From: the human T2T-CHM13v2.0 reference genome, Homo sapiens
DNA: 64,000 bases
Strand: one strand, 5' to 3'
Assembly (NCBI RefSeq): GCF_009914755.1
Contig: NC_060935.1
Shown here: positions 38,731-50,710 of the stretch, piece after piece
Numbering within the stretch: position 1 is the first letter of the stretch
Layout of the letters: every line of letters begins with the position of its first letter
Notes under the pieces: model-generated
The model's input: the letters and a program-made list of their open reading frames with translations, nothing else
Databases searched by the model: none
What the model was told of the DNA's origin: nothing
Position numbers and translations under genes: made by a program

Positions 38731-41700
38731 TGTAGCCCAGCAAGCGTGTTTTATACCTGGCCACTCAGCAGCCCCAACCCGTATTGTGCTCAGATGGCAT
38801 TCCTGGTCCAGGCTCTGGTTTGCCTGTTAGGCCCAGGTCCTCTGGGCTCTGTCTGTCTTGCTCTAAGGCTCTGAGCCTAGCCCATCTGTGGAGCACTTCT
38901 GCAGCTCCAAACCTGGTGTAGTCAATCTGGACATTCCCCTGGCAGGGGTCTGCTGCCTGGCACAGACTGTGACTCCAGAGAGCAGAGTGGCACTCCCTCC
39001 CAAGCATGCTGCTGTCACCACAGTGTGTCTGTGTGGGTTTGATGGCTGCGTGGCAATGGCGCTCAGGGCATGCCGGGGGCTCACACAGCCCAGGCAGCTG
39101 ATGATTAACAAACAATTATACTAATCGGCCTAGGAACAGGAAGGCAGGTGTGCACCCCTATGCATGTGAATGCACACACATGCATGCGCACACACATTCA
39201 GATTCACTGACATTTATGCCCATCCTTTCATTGAAACTCAGGCGAGCACATGGAGAGATTCCCTGCTACCTGGATGAGATGAATAGGCATTGTATTAGTT
39301 TACATGCCATTACCTTCATCAGAGACATGCCCTTTCACCACTGACACATGGTTGTCACAAATGCTGTATACACAGCCTCACATAGATGCCCGCACACCTA
39401 CACTGGCCCAGACCCCTTCTCATGCCTTTACAAACACATTACAAGAATTAAAAAGGAGCATCCATATCAAGTGTCTAGCACAATGCCTGGCCCATAGGAC
39501 CATTATATTCTATTTTAATATGCTATTATTATATTAAGACACTTTAATATGTGCACATGTACTGATACACTCATAGATGCACACACATTGCCCCATACAT
39601 TCTTTTAAACCCAGGTGCACACACAAGAGCTCGACTCTTCCGCAAACTGACACATACACTTCCGTGTACACAAACAAGCTCACTCTCAAAGACGTGCAGG
39701 TTGCCATAATGTGTTTTCCCATTTGCACCTACACACAATCACCACCGCAATAATAATAATAGCAAAACCAGGGTGGATGATTGCTTCATATTTTTCAAAG
39801 GTCTTTCAGGCCTGTAATCTCATTTGATCCTCGCAGCAGCCCTGTGAGACGGGTGGGTGGAGCAGGCATTATTACCCCAGGTTTATGGTTGAAGAAACAG
39901 AAGCTAGAGGGGTGAAGTTCGCCATCTGGGAGGTGGCCTGAAACTCAGATCTGACTTCTTGGTAGTGAGCTTCCCATGCCTATTTGACAACTTCCAGCCC
40001 TCACTACAGAAAGCAGCAGCCAGGGCAGGGGCCTGCTAGATTCTTGATTCCTGGTCAAAACATTTCCCTGAGTCAACCCCAGCTGAGAAGTGGGAATTGG
40101 AGGCTGATAAAGGGAAACCGCCATCATTAGAAATCCCATAAATTCTCATTTACAACTCCCTGCCAGATGAAAGGAGCAATTGACTGCGTTGGAGGGAAAA
40201 GCAAATACCGATTTCCTTTAGGACTGCCCAGCCTCAGACAGCTGGTCCTGGAAGGTCCTGAGGGTGGGGGGATCCTGTTCCATCAGGGCTGTCCTCAACT
40301 CTGTGCACTTTCTCTCCCCTCTGTCTAGGTCCACGTGTGGGTCCTTAAGCCCCTTGAGGAAAAGGGAGGAGAAAAGGACAAAGAAGGCTCTCCCTTTCCC
40401 TTGGATCCCCTTCTACTCCCACATGCCTAGTGGGAGCCTCCCTCTTCTGCTTGAGCCTTCAGGACAGGTTCAGGACCCTGTCTCCTACCTGGCTGGGCCA
40501 GAAATGAGGAACATGTTGCAAGCCTTCCTCCACCTGACTTGCCAAGTCCATACAGGCTGGGGCCTTAGATCCAACAACTTAGAAAGGTAATGAGGGCAGC
40601 TTCCTTCAAAGGGCCATGTTCAGTGGGGAGGTTGCCTGATGATGAATGGAGAAGTGGAGTGATGGCCCCTTAATCTACTTCTGATGCTGCTGCTTCACTC
40701 TGGTTTCATCATTATTTTGTGGCTTAGTTTCTCTATCTGCAAAATGGGAATAGTAACACCAAACTTATAGTGCTACTGTGAGGTGTGTAAAGTCCACGGC
40801 ACAATGCCTGGTACAATGCTGGGCCCCACAGGGTCAGGCCCTGTTGCCTGCCTGGGCAGCTTCTGGAGGAATGCCTCGGCTGCCAGGGCTGGAGGGGTGG
40901 TGTGGCAAGAGATGCCTCCCCAGCCTCCTGGGTGTGCCAGCTCTGGCTGGGAGGGAGGGGCAGGGAGGGGACATCTGTTTGACACTCTTATCAGCATCCA
41001 TTACCTGGTGTGTATTTTCCCAGGAGCTGATTACATTACAGCATGTGTTGATAAACATTTGGAGTCGGAGTACAGAGGAAACTGAGCAGAATGTTAAGCG
41101 GGTGGTGCTTTGGTCAGGAGATGCAGAGAAAGGGCTGGCTGTGATGAGCTGGGAGTGGTGATGAGGGCCCCAATCTGGAGGCTTCTTCACCTGCCCAGCC
41201 CCTTTCTCTTTCTGATCTCCCTCCACCCTACTGCTCTGGCCCTAGCAGGGCATCCAGACGTGGTCCTAGAGGCAGGCTGTTATAGCAGAAGAGGTATGGG
41301 ACTTGGGCCTGAGGCGGTTATGGGGTCCAGTCCCAGCTCTGTCATAAACTGGCTCTTGGCACTCTGGGCCAGTCTCTTACTTCCCTGGGCCTCAATGTCC
41401 TGCTCTGTAAAGTAGGCTTAACATCCGCTCCACAGAGTGGACCGAAGGTTAAAGGAGTAACCATGCACCATGCCCCGCACATAGAATTAAGCGCTTTGTC
41501 TCCAGGCTCTTTTCCTGTGGTCCCCAGTTTACCCCCGAAAAATGGTCAGTCTTGCCTTGACTGTGCCTCAGATGTTAGACTACTGCTTTTATTTCAATTT
41601 TGAACTAAGAGGAAGTGATTTATGTTCTTCATAAGGCAAACACCCCTACTTCCAACCCTAGTTAGGGCTGGAGCAGGTAACCCAGGGCGAGGGTTGACTC

Positions 41701-42252
41701 TTCTCCCCTTTTTCTACACCTGTGCACGTGCAAGACAGCTGTAGCTAGGGAATTATTTGTGTAGTTATCTGCCTGATGTCTTTCCCCCACTAGTCCATAA
41801 ACTCCCTGAGGACAGGTCACAGTTGAGTGTCTGAAGTCCAGCCCAGGGCCTGGCACTGGCGGGAATGAATGACTCTCCCCCATCTGATTGGTCTGGCGCA
41901 GAATGGTCAAGATAACCCATCTCGGGGTTCTGTGCTGTCGAATTCCACGGTTGTTTCTGAACTTAGCGCACCGGGTATACCTCTCGCTTGGCCTTTGCCA
42001 TAGATGACCTTGGATTCACTTTTCCTGTGGGGTATCTCTCTAGTCTCTCTGAGGTTTGGGCATTTAGACCTTCAAGAGAAGGATGTGCACCTGTCCCTCT
42101 GTCCGACTGTCCAATTTAGTGGGCATGGACAAATGCACGAATGAATGAGACTGCGGGAATGCTGCCCCCACCTCCTCTCCGCCTCCCCACCTCGCCTCCA
42201 GGTACCCTGGGCGCCTGGGACCCTGCGGGGCCTCCTGGAGGCGGGACGGGCA

Positions 42253-42271
42253 CGGCGCCACCTAGCGGTCG
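42253..42271 (-). promoter_or_regulatory. Strong CTCF motif
   Basis: Minus strand reads CGACCGCTAGGTGGCGCCG, a close match to the CTCF core CC(A/G)SYAG(A/G)KGGC(A/G)S. Confidence 0.7.
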
Positions 42272-42589
42272 TGGGCCGCGGAGAGAGCGTCCCTGTCCTT
42301 CCCCGTGTGGGACCTGCAACCGCCCCATAGCGCAGAGTCCGGGAGGCTCCAGCCACCGCCTCTGTCGGCCCCATTCTCTAGGTCCACAGAGGGTAGAGAC
42401 ACTCGGGGGAACGTACTTTTACTGGGGTACGGGGAGCCCTGCCCCACGGCTGTCAGCTCGGGTCGGGCGCGCCGGGTGCCCAGGAGGCAGCCTCCCACCC
42501 TCCCCCGCACACGTCGTTCCAGTCCCTCCGCCACAAAGAGACCATTGATTGGGAAGAGCGGCCGGGTTGTGGTAGGAAGGCTGGTGGGG

Positions 42590-43092
42590 ACACGCACGCA
42601 CACACACGCGCGCACACAGAGGCATACACACACACAGAGGCACACACGCACACACAGAGACACACGCACACACAGGCACACACACACAGAGGCACACACA
42701 GGCACACACACACAGAGGCACACACACACACAGAGGCACACACAGGCATACACACACAGAGGCACACAGGCACACACACCCAGAGGCACACACATGCGCA
42801 CACACAGAGGTGCACACACCCAGAAGCACAAGCACACATATACAGAGGCACACACACACAGAGGCACACACACGCACAGAGGCACACACAGAGGCGCACA
42901 CACACACACAGAGGCACACACAGGCACACGCGCACACACACACAGAGGCACACACACAGGCACACGCGCACACACACACAGAGGCACACACAGGCACACG
43001 CGCACACACAGGTACACACAGAGGTACACGCACACATATACAGAGGCACGCGCACACGCACATGCACACACAGAGGCACACACAGGTACACC
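42590..43092. repeat. CA-rich compound tandem repeat/VNTR, units like CAGAGG(CA)n
   Basis: About 500 bp with ~18 CAGAGG anchors separated by (CA)n/CACG runs; the plus strand has almost no T. Confidence 0.95.
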
Positions 43093-44519
43093 CCGCCTCC
43101 TGCCGCGCCTGACACTCCGCAGGGCCCGGGGGTGGGTGGGCAGGGGTGCGAGGGGGCGTGGGGCTGGGCGCGCCGGCCTAGGGGGAAAGCCCCGCCTCCC
43201 GGATGTCGTCTCTTCGCCCCCTACTAGCTCTTGTCTCCTCCCCAACCCCTCGCCCCACCCCCTGCCTAATTTTTGCCAGTGGATCATCGGCCTTTGGATG
43301 AATCCGCAGCAAATGGCTCATTCGGGGCGGGCCCGCCTCCCCATCCCCCCAGTGTGCGGTCTCCTCTCCCCAGCAAAGATGTTCGGTGGCACTTACGGCC
43401 CCTTTTTAACACCAGGCGAAGCCAATATTGTTAGGAAGGAAGAACTGCTGTGGCAGCTGCTGCAAAGACAAATCATATGCAGTAATGCATCACGGGCTGA
43501 GGGAGGGTCTGAGTGTGCGGCAGGGCAGCGCGGGCTTATCAGCGCGGAATGGCTAATGGGGGCGCGGCTCCCAGCGGAAGGAGGGCTGGAAACTGTGCGC
43601 GGTGCGGCGAGGAGAGGAGAAGGCCAGGGCAGGAGAGTTTAGGCAGCAAGGATTTTCGCAATCTCTCTTCTTATCCTACCCCTAAAAGGAAGCTGCTTGG
43701 ACCTGAAGGTGGAGCTGAATTTGAGCCTTTGCTGGAGGTGGGGTGCCCGGCCCTTCTACAAACGCCTGCTTGATTCCCTCCGTGATGGGCAAAGGCCTTC
43801 CCTCCCACAACACCTGAATTCTGGGCACCCTGATCTTTGGAGGCCAGGACTTTCCTAGGTTCCCTATCAGTCCACCCACATCAGAAGTAGAACGAACACC
43901 CTACTATCTAACCCGTTCCTGGCTCCTGCCCCCAGCCCTGCCTCGTAGCTGGCCTGTGGTGGGTGGGGTGTGGCTGGCAGTTGGTACCCGTTAAAAGAGA
44001 GCTAGGAGTGATATCTACTTGGTACCTCCCTCAAAGCTCCCGCTCGCCACCTGGATGCCTGTATGCACACAGGAATTGGCTGGGGGCCGGGGAGAGCATG
44101 GGTGGGGGTGCTGGTTTGCTTGGTTTATAACACTTCTTCTTGCTCCTCAATGCCAGGGCAGAGAGTGTGCCCCTGTACATGCATCCTTATTTGTGGGCAA
44201 GGCTCCGTCCATGCAGGTGCCTGGAGATGTGGGTTTACTCACACATTCCCAGGCTCTCAGGGTTGGAAGGGACTTTGGAAGAGGCCTTCCCCCTCCTCCC
44301 TCACCTGTTCTGCCATATCCATGCCAAATGCTCATCTGGATTCTGCTTGATCACTCCCAGTGACTGGAAGCTCACTTCTTCCCCAGGCAGCCCATCTCTG
44401 CTGACTGCTGGAATACTGAGCTGGAAACTGTGCCAGCAACCTGGACAATTCCCCACCCCCTATCCCATCTGCATGAAAACGGGACCAGGACAAGATGCCA
44501 AAAACACAGCACCCTAAGA

Positions 44520-44770
44520 TAGTTACAGCTCATGCTTACAGAATACCTCCTTAGCCAGGCACTGTACTAAGTGCTTTACGTATCTTCACTCTCATAATCT
44601 TCATGAAACTCTATGAGGTCATGTTTGTTGTTATCCCCATTGTGTTGAAAAGAAAACCGAGGCACAGAGAAGTTAAGACACTTGTCTGAAGTCCCACAGC
44701 GAGGAGGTGGCAACGCCTGTTATACAATCAGGAAGCCTGGCTCTGCCTGAGTTTAATCACCACATTATAT
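44520..44770 (-). mobile_element. MIR
   Basis: GCCAGGCACTGTACTAAGTGCTTTAC...AAACCGAGGCACAGAGAAGTTAAG. Confidence 0.75.
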
Positions 44771-44781
44771 TGCAGGCACTG

Positions 44782-44783
<2 letters not shown>

Positions 44784-44832
<49 letters not shown>

Positions 44833-44855
44833 AGGGAGGGAGGGAGGGAGGGAGG

Positions 44856-44894
<39 letters not shown>
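44784..44894. repeat. Pure-purine compound microsatellite (GA)n(GGGA)n(GA)n
   Basis: 111 nt of A/G only, read directly from the sequence. Confidence 0.95.
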
Positions 44895-45644
44895 TAAGAA
44901 TGCTCAGGCATGAGTGTGTATCTTCACCACCATTTCTGGGAAGCAGAGCTCACTGGTGTTAGAGGCAACTGGGAAGACTGGATATGAAATTAAGACATCA
45001 GGAATTGCCTTTCTTCTTCCTCCTCCCCACCTTTTCCTTCCCCTCCCATCCCCTTTCTTCTTCATCACCACTGCCCTCACCTTCATCTGAATTAAAAGCC
45101 ATCTTCTCAGCACTAGTGTGTTCAGGGGTTCCTTGCAAGCTGGAAACTCCATCTGGGTGCTTCCAGGCCAAGACAGATACATTGGCCTAGACAGACATAC
45201 GGGCCATACTCACAATGAAGTAGCATGAGATTAATGTGGTTGGTAGATGGGTAATAAATAGGGAAGATCTGTATTTACATTCCACACCAGCCAAGGGTTA
45301 GGTGGTACACGGTTCAGAAAGTTTTATGTTCAATTTTATGTCTAGACAGAGCTTGAGATGAGGTTATCATTTCTCTTCTAATTAGTGCAAGAAGGCTTCC
45401 CCAGGCGCTGCTTTCATGGGTTCTGCTGTCTTGGCTTTGCCATTTGTTCCCAAGAGTGAGACATAGGTGGAGTGGGGAGAGGGAATGAGCACTGGATTGG
45501 GAGTCATTATACCTGGATCTTCAACCTTGACTGTGCCACCAGCTTGCCATGATACCATGGATAAATTAGCCCACTCTCCTGGGTCTCCATGGCTGGGCTG
45601 TCTATCAAGGCCCTTCAGTGGGTGCACTCCCTGAGTCTGTCAAA

Positions 45645-45817
45645 CGGGGCTGCTGTGTGCAGGTGGCTAGGTTGTGCACTGTGCAGGGACACCTGGCCAA
45701 GAAAGAGTTGGGGGCTGAAATCCAGCCTATGCTTTTCTCATCAGGCCTGCATCCACCTGGAGAAAGAGGCATCTTTTCTAATTTGCACAGTTATCACAGG
45801 GACTAGCAGTGGTCCTA
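45645..45817. mobile_element. MER91-family hAT-Tip100 element
   Basis: GGTTGTGCACTGTGCAGGGACACCTGGCC...GGGGGCTGAAATCCAGCC. Confidence 0.65.
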
Positions 45818-47381
45818 TGATTAGAGTTGGAGTTGAGGTGGAGATGGGAAGGGGAGTTTCTTTAGCAGAAAGTGAGATTGTGAGTTCGGGGATGGAGGAT
45901 AAGGGCTATGGAGGGAGGATCAGGGAGAAGTGCTGTGGTTGGTGAACGTGGAGGTGGGGCAGAGAGCAGTGGGAATGTGTCAAGGGAGGTTGGTGGTGAG
46001 AAGGGCGGGTTCATGCTGACAGTGGCCCCTTTAGCTGCGTTCAGGGTACCCCTGGGAGTGGTGGTTCTCCTGCCCCCCAGCCTTGCTCACTCCTGTGGTG
46101 TAAGCAGTGGCCTCTTTGGAGTGGCTCCTTCTGCCAAGTTCCCCTCTTGGGAGAAATGGCAAGGGGTTAGGTTTTCTCCAGGCCCCTCTCTGAGAGGCTG
46201 CAGGCTCTGTAGTGGGTGTTGCCTTACTGCCGTGGGCCTACTAGAGAGGCATGGACCCTGCCCTCAGGGAACTTGCCATCGAAGGGAGCTTTTGTGCACA
46301 GGTCTAATGCCAGTGGCCCTTGTCTCCTGGGGCAGGGTCTGTGGGTATTGCAGACAGTCTGGTTTCTGTGTTGGGCTCAGTCTGGTCTGAGGCGAAGGCT
46401 CTTACCCTAGGACCAAGGACTATGAGGAGTCACAAAACTGGGCCTCGCTGGCCCTTCAGAGGTAGAAGATCTGTTGGGGACAGATTTCTGAGGACCCCCA
46501 GTAGCCAGGGAGGATGTGGGAGCCACTGAGGAGGAAAACTCGGGACGAAAGGCTTCTGCAAGGATGAAGGGGAGGTGGGCAGGCTGGAGGTTCTGTGGGA
46601 GCAAAGCCTCCCTTTCCCTTGGTCGGGGGGTGGCAGAGTGAGGGGACTGTAGGAGTGGGCATTGGGAGGGGCTTGCTCTGTGTGGGGGACCCACAACCCA
46701 TCAAGGACTGGACCTCTGGAGACCGTTTTGTCTGCCTGGCCCCACTGCCAGCCCGCCGCTGTTCAGAAGCAGCCCTTCCCATTCTCTTGGATCTTCTGAG
46801 GAATCCCACGTTCCTTCTGTCTGACTCGAAGTCCTTCCTACTGTAGGCCTTGCTCATCCCCCCATAGTCCAGCTGGCACAACGTTTGGATGGCAAACCAT
46901 TTAAATGGCCAAGCCTGCCCCGGCCACTCTGTCTCCTTGGTAGTCCCAGTTGTGTGAGGATGGGGTAGGGTGCAATTAAGCCCTGGGGCTGTCCTCTCTG
47001 CACTGACAGCTGTAGGAATGTCATCATGCCTATGCCAGGTACTCCCACTGCTTTCTTCCAGGGTGCCCACACTCCTGTTCTTTAGAAGAAAGGGACGGCA
47101 GGAGTCTGATCATCTGTCCGATGCCCACACAGTGGCTGTGCTGAGTGACGTGTTGTTTTGAGGATGTCCCTACCCCCTGGTCTTGCCGTCGGTCTCCAGT
47201 ACCCAGCGAAGCAAGCTGTGGGCTCTGAGGAGCTCACACCAGGGAGGAGCTGCCCTGGAGTGGAGCAACAGCATGTCCTCTCCCCTGTGTGACTGCAGTG
47301 CTATAATAATAATAACAGAAAGCTGGCATTTCTTGAGCTCTTACTGTGTGCCAGAGACACCGCTCTAAGTGCTTACACATA

Positions 47382-48250
47382 TGTATTCGTTTTCTGTAGT
47401 TGCTGTAACAAATTATCACAAACTTTAAACATTGAACTTATGGCATAAAGCAACACAAATGTATTATCGTGTAGCTCTGTGGTAGGTTAGGAGTCTGACA
47501 CAAGTCTCACTGGGCTAACAATCCAGATGTTGGGGCCAGGCGCGGTGGCTCACGCCTGTAATCCCAGCACTTTGAGAGGCCAAGGGTGGGGGGGGGGGGG
47601 GGGGGTGGATCACAAGGTCAGGAGTTCGAGACCAGCCTGGCCAACATCGTGAAACCCCATCTCTACTAAAAATACAAAACATTAGCCGGGTGTGGTGGTG
47701 GGCACCTGTAATTCCAGCTACTTGGGAGGCTGAGGCAGGAGAATCGCTTGAACGCAGGAGGGGAGGCGGAGGTTGCAGTGAGCCAAGATTGTGCCATTGC
47801 ACTCCGGCCTGGGCGACAAGAGTGAAACTCTGTCTCAAAAACAAAAACAAACAAACAAAGATCCAGATGTTGGAAGGGCTGTGTTCCTTTCAGGAGGCTC
47901 CAGGGGTGATTTCACTTCCTTGCCTTTTCTGATTTCTGGAGGCCACCATCTTCCTTGGTTTGTGACTCCCCTCCCCACTCCATTTTCAAAGCCAGCAAAT
48001 AATGCATCTCTCTCTCAGATGCTTCTTCTGTTATCACCTGTCTCTCTAACCCAGCCAGGATGGGGTCTTTGTTTTAAGGACTCATATGATTAGGTCGGGG
48101 ATACCTAGAGCATCCAGGATCCTCTCTCCATATCAAGGGTCATTCTCTAAACACATCCACAAAGTCCCTTAGCCACGCAGGGCAACGTATTCACAGGTCC
48201 CAGGGATTAGGGTGCTGACAGCTTTGAGGTCCATTATTCTGCCTACCACA
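47382..48250 (-). mobile_element. MaLR solo LTR (MLT1 family), interrupted by an Alu
   Basis: TG...CA termini (TGTATTCG...GCCTACCACA), exact 5-bp TSD ACATA, and the MLT1-typical GCTGTAACAAATTATCACAAACTT. Confidence 0.85.
47534..47860 (+). mobile_element. Alu with an internal G18 run, nested in an MLT1 LTR
   Basis: GGCCAGGCGCGGTGGCTCACGCC start, (AAAC)n tail, and exact TSD ATCCAGATGTTGG at 47521-47533 and 47861-47873. Confidence 0.95.
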
Positions 48251-50294
48251 ACATACTTGAAGTTTTTCACACAAAAGATGGATGTAAGGTGGGTAATGTT
48301 ATTACCCCCATTTTAAAGATAAAGACACTGAGGCACCGAGAAGCTAAGCAACTTGCCCAAGTTTACTTTGACAGCAGCATATTCAGGATTCAGATAGAGG
48401 CAGCCTGACTCCACAGTTGTACCTCAGTCACTGTCACAAGGAAATGTCCAAATTTCACATGGTATAAGGCCAAGTCCCCTGTAGGTCAGCGGAGCAGTGG
48501 AGGATCATGTATTTATTGAGCACCTACTATGTGCCAGGCCCTAGGAGGGGCTCCCAGAGGTACATGACAGAGCTCCAACCTGAACCCAGGTCCCAAGCGC
48601 ATCATCTGTCCTCATTCTATTATTGTGTGAAAGGCCGCGGGACCCTCCTGCAAAGGTGAAACGGGAGAAAGGACGGAGCTTCAGTGGGGGCTTGTGGCCC
48701 AGGGTTCTGGATTGGGCCCAGGAAGAGGAGGAGAGAGGTGGGTGCCCTATACCTTGCAGGACCCAGCCGGGCCAAGTCAGAGCCTGCAGGGGCTGACTCA
48801 ACAGGCTGACTGTGCCTGCCCGTCCATCACAATGGGGAATGGGCCCTCCATGAGCCTGAGACCTGCAAATCATAGAAATTAAGAGCAATTAGAGAGGGAA
48901 CCGGCAGCCCCTGGCAGCACTTCCGGCCACAGAGGCAGTTCGGCAACTTTATGGGATGTTTCCTCCCATTTTGTGGTCCAGCTGGGAGGCAGAAACAAGC
49001 CAGCTCAGCACAAGGCCTCCTCAAGGTGCTTTAGTGCAACTTGAAGGTGGGACCCACAGCCCCTCCACAACCTGCCTCCCGCCCTGCCTTCCCATCCTGG
49101 GGCCCTGTCCCAGCCTCGCCCTGAGGGTTTCTTTTTGTCTGTGCATCGGCTCTGTCCTCTGCACTAGACCTCTGGAGAGCTGTGTCTGGGGACCTGCAAG
49201 AGAAAGAGAAACAGTCAGGGTCACCTTGACGGGCTGTGGCACGTGCTGCCTCCGCTCCTGTGTTCTCTCCCTCTGCTCTACCTCACCTGGCCCAGCTGGA
49301 GGGGTCTTTCCACTTCCTGGCCAGGGGCAGCTCTTGAACAAACCTTCCTCTTATTCCCCTTGCCCCCTAGGGAAGAGGTGGCTCAGCTTGTGGAAAGCAT
49401 GCAGGCCAAAGTGGTGGAGACCCCATGGGTTTCAGGTGGCGGCACCAGGATGGTGCCATTGGCTAAAGGCAAAAGCTAGAGGAATTCTCTAGTTTCCCAA
49501 GTACTTTGCTGCCTTTAATCCTTGCCTCTTGCCTGTGTCCTTCACCCCATGCCCTTTCCTAAGCTGTGGTGAGAAGGACAGAGAAGGGCCTGTGCTCCTG
49601 GGAGAGGGACTGGCTCTGAGAAGGGCAGAGGTGTCTCTGGAGTAGGTGGAGGTGGGAGAGGAAGTGGGGTATCTGGGACAAGGAAGAGTCGTGGTCTGTA
49701 TCCTTCTCTGGGTGGAAGCTATGATATTGCAAGGGCACCCTTTGCCCCCCTCTGGGGCCCGTTTTTTTAGGATAGGCCCACTGTGCTGGGTCAAGGTCAC
49801 CTGGAGAGAGAGACCCGAGTGGAGGGGCTCCTCTGCTGCTCTCCACCACCCTTCCTGAGGCCTCTGAGCTGGCCATGAGCTGACCCTTCTCCTTCACCTC
49901 TTCCATCACTGTGGGTGGGGCAGCCTTGGACTCGGCCATACCTGACTCCACAGCCGAGGGGTGTCTCTTGATGGGGGCAATAGGGCTGGGTGAAGAAGAG
50001 ATACGGAGTGGGACAAGGCAGTGCCCTGCCCTCACTAGTGTGGGCAAACTGAAGGGGGAGGGAAGGGCAGACTCCAAGGGCAACCTAGACCCCTGCATCC
50101 TTGGAGACAGATGGGTCAGAGAGGCAGCCTGTGGAGCAGCAGGCGCCACCAGGGGTGCAGGGTTGCAGGGTTGCTCCACCACAGCCTCAAGTCTGTCCCG
50201 TCCTCCCCCTGGGCCTCTGACTGAGGGCTGCTAAGGCCGTTCCCAGCGCCACCATTCTCTGACTCTCCTCATGGTGACTCTGCCTTATGCCCCA

Positions 50295-50710
50295 TCTAAC
50301 TGGCCTTGGGCAGGTGGCTTAGCCTCTCCGTGCCTCAGTTTCCTCACCTGTAAAATGAGAATAACAATAGCATCTACCTCATAGGTTTATTATGAGGATT
50401 AAATGATTTAAATATATAAAGTTTATAGGCTGATACCTGTCATGTAGAAAGTGCTATAGAAGGATTGTCTATTATTATAGTCACTCATGTTATTTCAAAG
50501 ATCATAATCAAGCAGACCTGGGTTGGAGTGCTAGCTGTTCTACTTAAAAGCTCTGTGACCTTGGGAAAGTGGCTTATCTTTTCTGAGTCTGTTTCCTCAC
50601 CTGTAAAATAGGTATAATAATAATAATCACAACAGTGACTGCATGAAGTTGTGGTGATAGAATGAGACACCTGGAAACATTTGCTGAGCAAACAGTAAAG
50701 CACCTCGGAC
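50295..50710 (+). mobile_element. Two adjacent MIRs
   Basis: Two copies of CTTGGG...TTTCCTCACCTGTAAAAT (near 50340 and near 50590). Confidence 0.75.

Larger units (their letters stand above)
42180..43620. promoter_or_regulatory. Second (upstream, apparently orphan) CpG island or distal regulatory element
   Basis: CpG-rich flanks at 42180-42590 and 43090-43620 with GC boxes (e.g. GGGGCGGGC near 43324), CCAAT motifs (TGATTGG near 42546, GCCAAT at 43421) and a CTCF motif. Confidence 0.75.
47305..48415 (-). mobile_element. MIR split by the MLT1 (and Alu) insertion
   Basis: TTACTGTGTGCCAG...CTAAGTGCTTACACAT on the left and CCCATTTTAAAGAT..ACTGAGGCAC..AACTTGCCCAAG on the right. Confidence 0.7.

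Noticed and set aside
42590-43092. Possible CRISPR-like repeat-spacer array
   Set aside because: The anchors are only 6 bp, the spacers are simple CA runs rather than unique sequence, the context is eukaryotic, and there are no cas genes.
42262-43642. 445-aa His/Thr-rich and 341/220-aa Cys/Val-rich ORFs
   Set aside because: They are translations of the CA/TG repeat, which lacks stop codons. The unique C-terminal part (ATG at 43298, 114 aa) has poor start context and no recognisable homology.
46897-46908. Palindrome CCATTTAAATGG as an SRF CArG box
   Set aside because: It has eight A/T bases rather than the six required, and a 12-bp palindrome is expected by chance in 64 kb.
50144-50160. CTCF-like GCCACCAGGGGTGCAG
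   Set aside because: The critical GGC at the 3' end of the core is disrupted, so it is too weak to call.
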